Program-made: the position numbers and the translations under genes
Shown: positions 1 to 15,250 of the stretch, one piece after another
Position numbering within the stretch: the stretch's first letter is position 1
How the letters are laid out: every line of letters starts with the position of its first letter
DNA from: Balanoglossus misakiensis
Taxonomy: Eukaryota > Animalia > Hemichordata
Assembly (NCBI GenBank): GCA_040954595.2
Contig: CM082588.2
Location: forward strand, 3,308,513-3,372,512
Direction of reading: 5' to 3'
DNA length: 64,000 bases
Notes under the pieces: model-generated
The model's input: the letters and a program-made list of their open reading frames with translations, nothing else
Told to the model about the DNA's origin: nothing
Database searches by the model: none

Positions 1-3000
1 TTTTCTGCAATTGAGTATCTGCCTAGATGTGCTCATTACACTATCTGGAATGTGGCAGCGTAACACAAAGGATTATCTGACATGCAGGTTGGCAGATGCA
101 ATCACCCATGTTCGCAGTGTATCGATCCTGAGGCAGTTTTCTAGGTTGGGCCTAACAATATCAATTTGTGCAACAGCCACAGATCATTGGGCTAACAATT
201 AAAGGTACATGTATGTGCATGTAATCCTTGCTACATAATCAGCAAGAACTAAAACAGAGATACCCCACTTATCATTATTTAGAATTCTGTCCACCTTTTC
301 CCTGCCAGGTGTAATTTCAAAATTCCTTACCCTCCCCTTTTCCAGTTATATATTTTAGAGGCCGTTGACAGACTTGCTGATCACAAGTCTTGACAATCTG
401 ACGACTGAAAAGGTTACACTGTCAGACTGATAACTGACAAGCTGCCTTCCATGTGTTCCTGTAACTGGGTCAGCAAGACTTTAAATTTAATCAATTAAGT
501 TAGTGTCACGCCAGTTTTCTGAGTGAAGAAATAAACATACATGTACGTGTACATCACGATCGATTTCAGTGGTGGCTTTGTTGTCAAGAAAGTGACAGAA
601 ATCATTATATAGATGAGAAAACCTTGACACAAATGTGATTAAGACTTCGTCAACCTCTGACAATGTACATGTAATAAAATAAACTCAACCCCTGGCTTCA
701 AAACATGTAACCTTATTCCGTCTACACTACAAATATACATGTTATTTGTAGGTTGGCATGGAATCACGATCATGTGACGAGCTCATGTCGCAAACACAGC
801 AGAGATTTATATCAATAATGCCATAATTAGTTTTCCTGGTAAAAGAAGTGTTGTGCTTCTAATATTGGAAATCCTTTGGGCAACAAGCAACAACTCAAGT
901 CCTTTACACTAATTTCACCCACACACTGGTTTTGTTCATCCGGCCGACCTTTACAATTCCACAGAGATCACACTGCAGTCGGCAATTTTCCTGGGTATAC
1001 ATCTCAAAAAACTAATTCAGCGATTTGAAGTAAACAAGGTGATCTTTCTTAGACGGGCATCTATGATGCAGGAAGCCAACTCCCCATACACACAAATGTT
1101 TGGATGACGAGTGACTGTGAATATGAATATCAGATATCAATATTGAGAATAGATACTGACATCACCCGGTTGGCATCTGCCACTGACATCCCCTGGAGTG
1201 GAGATCACAACAGGCATCTTTCACTGACATCCCCATCATAACGAACCATCTGAACAATGTACGGTGCAAGTTCTAAGTTTGGTCAATCATCTGAATTAAA
1301 GTATATTACTACTGGTGTAAACTGATCTATAGGATTTCCTATTGGACTATGTCATATACATGCACATGAGTGATTGACTGAACCCTGACTTCGCAAGAGG
1401 GGTTTGTTGCCATGAGGCGGGTACACAAACATGTCTGCCTCTTTAGTGTGCTATTGTAATGAGGCCAATACACAGAAGGTGAAAACGCCCTGTTTGCCTG
1501 TAAGCCATTGACCGGGAGAATGTATTCTTTTCCATCAGGCTGGCTGCTATCATATGTTTTCAAGCTGTCAACGGCTGTGATGTCATCAAATATTAACACT
1601 AACAGTTTATCATCATACGCTCTGCTGTGGACTATCTTTCAATTTTACTGGAGGTTGCATTGTCCTACTTGGCTTTCAGTACCCAACGTTGCGGAATTTG
1701 TGTCCATGTAATCATGTAAATTTTATGTCTACTTTTTTCAATAAATCAGCCGTGGCATTTTTTATATAATACACATGTGTACTCGGTCTCTGAAACATCT
1801 GTTGTCAACATATTCCACAAGGGCATTGAAACAAAACATGCCATTCCTCATATCTAGAGTAATGGGTGTTCACAGACTAATTCATTTTAAATTATAATAA
1901 TGCATCTTCCAATTAATGCTGTATTATGATGAGGACATTTGTCCCCTTTTGGCTGCTTTCTCAGAGCTAAACAATTTTATTATAAAAATAGTGTTGGCCC
2001 TGCAACCTTTGACCTATTCAAGGCGAACATAACCACATTATTACAATAGATGTTGTTTCTATTGTTCATGTCTTTATCAACTGAGAGAGCGCTGGTCAAT
2101 CTCATGTATATGAGTGCATTCACTATTGTGTTTGCCATTGAAGAGATTATATCATGAAATGTGCAAACAAGACATGTACTAATGTGTTAATAACTTGGCA
2201 ACTGCCCATTTAAAATGAAAGCACTTCTTCATTTATGTACTAAACACTTGAAAATACACACATGATAAATGTTGTGATAAGGCAATCATGTATTGTGTAA
2301 TAATCATTGCCTAGTGTCAGCTAACAGGAAAAGAATATGTGGTCTGTTCTGTAATCGTAACACTTACAGACGATTCAATAAATTAAAAGCAATCAGCAGG
2401 TTGGTTGTTGTATTTCAGATCATCAATTAGATTTTCTACACCATATTAAAATTGATGTCCCTGGTGTATAAAACACCAATTACATGTACACATTTCAGTT
2501 GTCTTGTCTGTGATGCTAGAGGAGCAAGCAAGTAAAAATTTATAGCCATCAATTCAGAACAGCAGTGCACAGACATATTTATATACAAACAGCAAGAAGT
2601 ATCACTTGCAAAATTAGCTAGACAAGTAATTAAACAGAAGACATCAGCACACCAGGCTATAAATATATCCCATTAAAACATGTCGTGTATCATATGTTTG
2701 TATACAAAAATGTATATTTCCAACCACTGCTCTATTGAAATTGACATCACTCGTGTACGGATGTATTAGAAGCTCTGTCTCTCCGATTTAATGGTGGTTG
2801 CTAATAGTTCTGAAGCCACTGGAAGGAACTACTAACGAAGGTTTATTTTGGATGACTCATCTTTGCTAGTCAGACTTTCAGGGGATAGTGCACTGCAGTC
2901 TGAGTAAACGGTGACCTTTACACACAGTTTGCAGTATTCGCTCACTCACTGGATACCACTTGTCAAATTGATATTTTCCATTGCGACAGGAATATATAAA

Positions 3001-3195
3001 TTCTCCTTGTATAATGTCATCATTAACTGACGGAAATCTTACATTGTTGGGTCCGATCATCAGCATTTACATGAATTAGTTACATATTCACAAAAATAAG
3101 TAAAGTATGAACAGTCAACCCCGACGGTGCACCGCCTATGTTAGCGCAGTCATTTGTTTAAAAACAACCCATGATACAAACGTGACAGTACTTAC

Positions 3196-3374
3196 TCAAA
3201 TCCAAAGAAGAGGCCCATCGTGACCACAATTAGACCAACTGTAAAGTAAAACACACTTGTTGACCTCGCCATTACGATTCTGCCGTTACAGTAAAACTTA
3301 TTCCGGCCCGGGTGGACCTCCCATTTTCGTTTCGGCATCTTGATCGGAGTGTAACTTGTTTCCGAGCCCACCAT
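3196..3374 (-). CDS. First coding exon of a DHHC palmitoyltransferase (ZDHHC9/14/18, Erf2-like); gene continues beyond the window start
   Basis: Translation ..[40 protein letters not shown] matches the conserved N-terminus of ZDHHC9/14/18. The exon ends GA|GTAAGT at 3196/3195. No second exon was recognised in 1-3195. Confidence 0.85.
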
Positions 3375-3811
3375 GTACGACCAGCAACGTGATTGAAATA
3401 GCCCCCAGATGAAAAGACAGAGAAGTAAATATCCAGTAGAGGATCAGAGAACTTCTCCGGTCGACCGATGACCAAACCGGTTCCAAAGATGGGCGTGCTT
3501 CACATGAATAAACCGTGTTTTTCGCAATTTTCCATGCTGTACAGTCTGTGTTGGCAAGCAGAATTTTTTAGCCCTGTCTGGAACATGCGCAGTTTGATTG
3601 AATAGAATGATAACGAGGCTCCTGAACTCAAACTAAAATAACCTCATATAATTCATTTGATTTTACGTTGTTATGCACATAATATTTTGATGAAATTAAT
3701 AATCTGGTAATGGCAAAATTGTTGCAATACTACGACAATTTTTAGGCGTTAATATCAGACTACCTTTGACCTTTAACCACTGTATGGAAACGAGGCTGGG
3801 GAAGCTACAAA

Positions 3812-4899
3812 ATGGCGGCCAACTTGGAGAAGGTTGGGGATTCCCTTCCCGAACAAAACGAGTTGAAAGGAAACTTGACGGTGACATCTGCCCGAAAGAA
3901 GAAAGAAACTCTTGTCAAGGGTACGTTGATGTATATTCCATATGTACCTTGAAACCACGGATGTGCGTCCATCTTAAACATTACTTTTCCCCTAAAATAG
4001 AAGTTTGTCTTGGGGGGGGGGGGGCATGAGGGGTAGCCAACTCGGCTGAGACGGTGTGTTATTGAATGACGTGAGTAAGGTCATTGGCGTGAGCAGTCAT
4101 CATCTTTGCGTGACGGTGACCGCTTAAATCATGCGTTTTGTCTTGTTCTGTTTTAGGAACATTGTTGCTGACGGGAGTAGCGGGTGCAGCAGTCATATTT
4201 GGCTTTGCAACAACACTGGGATTGGCCAAAAGGAGAAGCCCAGCAATGTTCAATAAGGTGAAGACACGAAGCAAACTTACAACCGCCAACCCTTTGCTCT
4301 CTGAACTATTTCAGAAAGATCCTTCCTGATGATAACTGCTGCATTTTCCTCATTTTAGGGATTCCTTCCAGTACCCTCAGCTGAAATGCCGGAGAGTGGT
4401 GCATCTCTTGGAATGAGAGCTCTAGGATGGGGTACCGTGTTTTCAATCTCTGGTGTGGGGTTACTGACATTTGCTGTGTGCAAGACACTAGGAATACAAA
4501 GTGTGAGTGTTTTCTTTCCCATTGTTTTAAGTTTTATCACTCTGTCGCAAGGGAGCATCAATGGACAGCTAGTTCACAGAGATCGTAATGTCATGGTGCT
4601 GTTTGCGTTTACTGCAATTTCCCAACAGAAAGCCCAATTATATCCTAATACTTGAAAGGATTGGCCTCAGATTCTTGGATAGTTGAATAAGTGTTCTTCT
4701 CCATATCATCTAATTTCAGCTGAGCGATTTCAAGAATACTATGCAGTCTACCATGCCAAGGATCAAAAGAAATGAAAACGCCATGAAAGAGATCAGCTTG
4801 CAAGATCTGTCACGGCAAACACGCAAAGGAGGAGAGGATAATGATATCACCAGTTCGGACTCACATACTCGGTTAAACACAGAACATGACAGTAGATAG
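3812..4899 (+). CDS. TMEM242: Transmembrane protein 242 (4 exons: ~3812-3920, 4158-4257, 4359-4502, 4720-4899)
   Basis: Spliced product MAANLEK..GTLLLTGVAGAAVIFGFATTLGLAKRRSPAMFNK|GFLPVPSAEMPESGASLGMRALGWGTVFSISGVGLL..|LSDFKNTMQSTMPRI.. carries the TMEM242 motifs; GT-AG introns. Confidence 0.9.
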
Positions 4900-5238
4900 C
4901 ACATCAGTATTGAAACTGACATTTTAGGATGTTTTTCTGCTGTTTGGGCAGATTTAATGATGAGAATGCCAAGATCTTGATGATGCCAGAGCAGGGTCAG
5001 TAGGAGTTGATCACCAATGGCAGTGGGAAATCTTGACTGTTAGGGTCAAATGTCAAAGTCTATTGGACACATACTGACATTCTGATGAGTGGAGCTGGGA
5101 GTAAAGCACTGTACATTGTACATCTCAAGCAATTTGTTGACAGACTATGGCAAACACGTGGGCTGTAATGCTGGGCGCCATCTTGAGGCAGGGAAGCACA
5201 AATTCCCTCACTCGAAAGTAGGGTCTTGCAAGTCTTAT

Positions 5239-5253
5239 CACTAGATGGCGCTG
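5239..5253 (+). promoter_or_regulatory. Candidate CTCF site (CACTAGATGGCGCTG)
   Basis: Close match to the CTCF core consensus; lies between the convergent TMEM242 and CTPS 3' ends. Confidence 0.35.
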
Positions 5254-6630
5254 GCCGCATACAAATATGACATTTCACGCAAGTGATATTGTTATCAAAT
5301 TACTTTTTTATTGACAAAGTTTGCAATGGATGGTTACAAAGTGAATAGTAACAAAATCTGTGGAAATAAATACTGATGGTAAGGTAGTATGCTACCACTG
5401 TATTGAGTCTTTCAGAGTGAGTCTGTTTCCTTCCCATTTTTTCAAACACTGGACAATATAGCAAAGAATTAAAATGTTTTAATGAATTGATTTTTTCTGA
5501 AATTACCTCTGAGGCAGGTACTACCTTTAATGAAACCAGAAATGACAATGAAGGTATCTGTGGAGTTTGTGTGTATTTATAAATATTTTGGGGATAAAAC
5601 AAATAAAAACTACCACTTGTATTATTCTAATCTTTGAAACTATCATTTTCTTTACCATGTTTGCATTCAATACGTTTACTGCAGAAATGAAAAGACACAT
5701 TCGGCACTGAAAATAATTTCTTGGGGCACACCACGAAATATGACCAATACTGTATAATATTCCAAAACATAGACATACTTTAAATACCACTTCAAAACAA
5801 TGTGATAACCAGATTTTTCAGAGTGCAGCAACCACAGCAGTGATAGTTGTGTACACTGAGTTGGCCAAAACGGTATAAATTGTAGGCAGTGAAAGTAAAA
5901 AAAAAAATGGATATCTTGTGGAAAAGAGCAAATGTTTCGCGCTGCTGGGGTTTACACCCTCTGAAAATTGCTCAGACGAAAAACTTCCATGCCTTATGTC
6001 AGGGTGCACAAGGACATAGCCTAGGTCACCACAGGGTTGAGGGCTTAAAATACATGGCATACTACTTGTCTAATAAATCTGCAACAACAGATAATGAGTG
6101 ATAGAGATAAATGCAATATTCTCAATAAATGGAGGTTGATCCAAAATGTGCTTTTCAAAGCTTCAATGGTTTGTTTCCTTCTTGGTGACTAAGCGTGATA
6201 ACAGCAAAATATATACAGAAGAGGAAGCGGAAACAAACGTGCCACAAAACTTGTGAAAAATCAGTGAAACCTTACACGATAATGAAGCAGGTTTACATTT
6301 AAGCAACATTAATATATAAGGATTTAGGACCCAGTCGAGTAAAAATTGATCATAAATAAGTACCATTTTGTTTGTAGCACTATATCATGCAAAACCAAAG
6401 AGTTATATTAAAATATGGCGAAATCAGTCTTTCTATGAACACTGACCTTTTTCTGAACATGTGCAAGAGTACAATTCAGGAGCTGACTGGTCAGATCAAA
6501 TATTAATTCCCTTTTATACAGGTAGAGTTTGGTGTTGAACAATCCTGTACACACTGGCTAAATGGGTACTGATATAAAAAAACTCAGCTGTACATGCACC
6601 CATGGTAACGTCACTTCAGGTATATATATT

Positions 6631-11116
<4,486 letters not shown>

Positions 11117-12799
11117 GGCCGACTTCCCAAATAGTGCCAGCTTGATGAACAGAATTTATCTTGTTTTACTTTTAAAGTGTTTTCTGTGGACAAAAAGAAA
11201 GTTGAAATTCTGTACATGTGGTCAATATCATCTTTCAGTAATAGTAAGTAGGGAAACCATCACCCCATTTCCCTTTCTAAAACTAAAAGTTCAACTCTAC
11301 CAAAGCAAACAATGGATGTTAATCAAATCACTGTGGTAACAGATAAAACAGCTAAAATGACCCCTTCCTAAAATACGGCTATTCAGAATAGGTAGCAAAG
11401 CAAGCTAGAATACACTGGATATAAGGGCTGGGTGTATTGAGAGTTCAGGGTATGTGAGTGACCTGGTCATGGTCTTCACTAAGTTGTCACCCTCTAAGAA
11501 TCCCACAGACTGAAATGTGCATTGTACAAATCATCCTAAACATGTCATGTCACATGGTCTGGAAGATGGTGCAGACACAACACAACTAGTACTAGAAATA
11601 AAGGTTTGAAGTCATAAATGAATGATATTCATTACAATTTGTATTCTGAATGAAGGGTCAAGGTTTCTCTTGCTTCACACATTTCCCATGTCGATGACAT
11701 ATGTTTCACTTACAGTTTCATGATAGATTATATGTGGGGCTGGGACTGTCACTGTATGGAAAAAGGGTCTAAAACTTTGGTAGAGCTTTATGATAATGAA
11801 AATCACACATTCTCTGATTAATCAAACCAATACTACACAATTAATTATGAATAAACAACTTCACCTTCACCTTCATTTCAACTAAGCCTGATATCTTTTA
11901 CTGAAAGCCAGATTGGAATTGCCACCATGACACTCAATGTGTGCTCTCTGTGGTACAGCCCCTCAAACTCACATGTCTCCGTGTTAATGAATCTGGAGAC
12001 GGACTTTAACCTTTGGTTCCCCTGCATACCGATTCGAGACACCGGCTCGATCTCGACCAAATAACCACATGTGTTTAAGTCGACTCAGGTCATGACAGGA
12101 AGCCCTAGTGACATGACAAACAATCAACATCCAAACTTAATTATCTTTTCACTTATGTTAATCACAAAACCTGTTAAACAGGTTGGCAGATGATAAGTGT
12201 GAAATGGCACTATTCCAATCTTTTTGTCAAGACACGAAAATTTGGCGCTAATTTTTAAAACAATGGTCCCACCAAAAGCATAGCCTCTTAGTCAAGACTT
12301 TGACGAATATTTTCATCTCTATACACCATCCAAGAATTAAAAGTAACAACTCACACATGTCGGGGTAAAATTATATGTTTTTAAACTTCATCATTTTGCC
12401 ATCAGAAACACATGCAATGCACCCAAAACACATGCAGTCTGGACAGCTGTTTATTGTCTGCGATCAATACATGTACTTGGAAATTGATTTCATTTCCCCC
12501 CAAACAATCCTTCTGCTATGAAATATATCACGTAGTAGAATCATCGGTGTTTTTTGTTTATCTTTTTCAATTTCACATGGCAAGTATGTTCATTTCCAGT
12601 TGCTTCCCCTATTGTCAATTTCCTCTATCAACACTCAACAGCGCGGTTTGTACATTTCAATGTAATCCAACATCCTCGATCTCCCAAGGTCGAACAAAAC
12701 CGGCGCCGATTTCAGTCCGACATGTAAAAATCTGAGACAGTACCTAATGGATGTAGCTTTTAAACCGTTTTTGAAGAATACCGTGACAAGACAACGTAC

Positions 12800-12945
12800 C
12801 TGAAGAGCGTCCAGTATTGATAAACAACGGGCAAATTCGCTGTTTCTTTCGACCAAGTACACGCTCACATGGTTTAGGCGCCAATGCAACGTGAGGGGGT
12901 ATCCGGTCTGTCCATGCCAATACAAGAACCTCGCTCTGATTGGCT
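12800..12945. promoter_or_regulatory. CTPS promoter / 5' UTR exon region
   Basis: Minus-strand donor CAG|GTACGT at 12800/12799; CCAAT at 12881 and ~12918, ATTGG at 12939; locally CpG-rich. Confidence 0.5.
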
Positions 12946-13633
12946 AACGGTGTCGTTGGAACCCCTAGCTTACCCGATTACATGTCATGCATGTGTTTTC
13001 TTCATAGCTAGGTATTCTGATCAGAAAATTCAAATCACTTCAACTGATAATTTTGCAAGGTTTATATCGTGTTTATGATCAATTTACTTGTTTTTGTCAT
13101 GTTGAGAGTCAACACTGATGTAGAAAACTGAAGAAGAATTTCTATTAGAGTAAGTATAGTAGTATAGTATTACTAGTAACTTAGTAATATAATGAGAATA
13201 TGTCTAGACTGTAAAATAGATGTGCAATTACAGCTATAGTGCAATTTACAAAACCACGACCACTCCAGTGTCAAAACATTGTGAAATGTGTATAATATAA
13301 ACAAGCTTTTGAAATACATTATAGAAATAACTTTTTATTAACCTTTAAATAACATACAAGACATGGAAGCACAGTCAAGATTATAATCTGACATATGTAT
13401 GAATACTGTTTCCTCAGGGTTTCGAAGTTGGTCACACAAGGGGGAAGAGTCTCTGATATTTGCAAGAGTGAAGAAAAAAAAATTTACTTAGAAGGTAGGA
13501 CATGTCTTATATTAAAAGCAAGAAAGTGGGACGAAATTCTCACAAGACACAAGCTTTTTAAATACATTAAGGAAATAACTTTTTATTTAACTTTAAAGTG
13601 CCTATGACATGCCCTATACAATTCGCTGGTACA

Positions 13634-13707
13634 GAAGTGATTGTGTTCCAGTGTGGTGTGGACACTCTGAGTGGGGATCCCATGTGTTCCTTTAATTTAA
13701 CACCACA
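13634..13707 (+). pseudogene. 74-nt exact copy of an HDAC8 exon segment (17711-17784)
   Basis: Base-for-base identity, GAAGTGATTGTGTTCCAG...TTAACACCACA. Confidence 0.9.
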
Positions 13708-13982
13708 AATAAATTATTATTATTTATTATTATTATTAGTCCACTCTTTAACATATAAAGCAAATGTTATTTGCAGTTAAAGAACAGTATTTCAGGAAAA
13801 CAGCTAGTGCCTTTCTTTTGTTGAAATTATATGAACTTGTCAAGTAATGAACTGTTTTCAATAAACAATCACGAATCTGAGTATTAATCTATTTATGTGT
13901 ATATTTTTTATAGGCGAGCGACCAAATCGTCGCCAGCTTTTGATGTTGGCCAAGGCTATAAGACATGGGCGGCCATCCCATC

Positions 13983-14080
13983 CAAATTTGAGATCAGTGT
14001 GGGTTGTTCTTTCAAGGCAGACATTCCTTTTGTTATGTGAACGATATCGTCCTCGGGATTATGAAATTGAAAGAGAGATA
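13983..14080 (+). pseudogene. Internally deleted copy of an HDAC8 intron/exon segment (16751-16890)
   Basis: CAAATTTGAGATCAGTGTGGGTT..AAGGCAGACATTCCTTT..TGTTATGTGAACGATATCGTCCTCGGGATT..GAAATTGAAAGAGA aligns with two deletions. Confidence 0.85.
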
Positions 14081-15119
14081 GGGGGGGGGGGGGGTTGCTA
14101 TTATGTTATATCGATTTGATTTTCTAACTTTTTAAACACTGAATGTGCCACATTCAAAGACTTCTGGAGAACACTGTTTGCTCGTAACAGCATGAACCTT
14201 ATGAAGACCCTCCAGAAATATGGAGAGAATCACAATAAGCTGTATATACATCCATAGTCTGGAGCCAATATCAATAAAGTAATTATCGATGATCCGCACT
14301 GTGGGTGTCTATCACGGGAACTGGCTGTGAGTGATAAGGAAGCCCAATGTGGGAAGATGGGCAGGTATCTTGGTGCTGGGCGTGGATGATTCAAGAGAAG
14401 GATGTCAGGCTGCTGGCTGCATAAGTGACGATGTGAAGGCCAAAATGGGTATCAGGATATCGGACATACACTTGGTGCAGTATATGCGAGCGAATATTGG
14501 GGCATCTTGGGTGACATGTGGCTGGTCTTGTCTGATACTGAGCAAAGGGTGCGGCTCGGTGACGACTGCACTGATGAAGAGTGTGTGGGTAAATGCTTCC
14601 ACAACGGTTGGTGTCGGCTATGGTGGCCAGATCACATTTGGTAGTTTGCAATAATTTGCAAGGTTGGTGTCTATCGCATGGACCAGCTGTGGCAGGCGAT
14701 GATGATAAAGGCTGATATGGGAATACATGTAGGTAACTTGTGGTGTTCAGATTACTGAGGGATCTTGATGCTCTTGGCTGATACTGAGCAATAGGTTCAG
14801 TTCAGGCGAGTCTGCACATGATGAGAAGTAGTGAGGGGTACGCCACGTGGGAAGTCTGGTACGACACGTGGCGTGGGAAGTCTATGTGAAAATTACTAGT
14901 ATGTCCACATGTGGAGGCTGTACTGTCATGCGTAGTTGTCAGCGATGATCTGCACTTGGTGTCTATCGCTGGGACCGGCTGTTCGGTTGTGTACCCGATT
15001 GTTCTTCATAAGGAATTGATGTGTCGACGAAAGCGGGGTTTGCTGCACTTGACGTTTGTTCGATCGCAAGTCGTCCCAAAATACGTCGTAAACGTTCGTC
15101 AAAATTCAGAAAATGCTCT

Positions 15120-15250
15120 CATGGCGGGAAGCACGTGCGGGAAGCTACAGTGAGGCATGATGGGAACACGCCCACGTTGGCTGTGTATTTTTATCAATGA
15201 CGTCATGAAGATAACTTTCACATTGAGGGCGCAATATTCAAAATGGCGGA
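15120..15250. promoter_or_regulatory. HDAC8 promoter
   Basis: Two GCGGGAA (E2F-like) motifs, E-box CACGTG, ZNF143/Staf-like TTCCCATCATGCCTC on the minus strand (15152-15166), CRE TGACGTCA (15198-15205) and YY1-like AAAATGGCGG over the ATG. Confidence 0.55.

Noticed and set aside
1155-1236. Three copies of ACTGACATC(A/C)CC in the ZDHHC intron
   Set aside because: A short degenerate local repeat with no further structure.
13598-13780. Second HDAC8 gene suggested by the 60-aa ORF
   Set aside because: Only 74 nt match HDAC8; the flanks are unrelated and lack the exon's splice sites.
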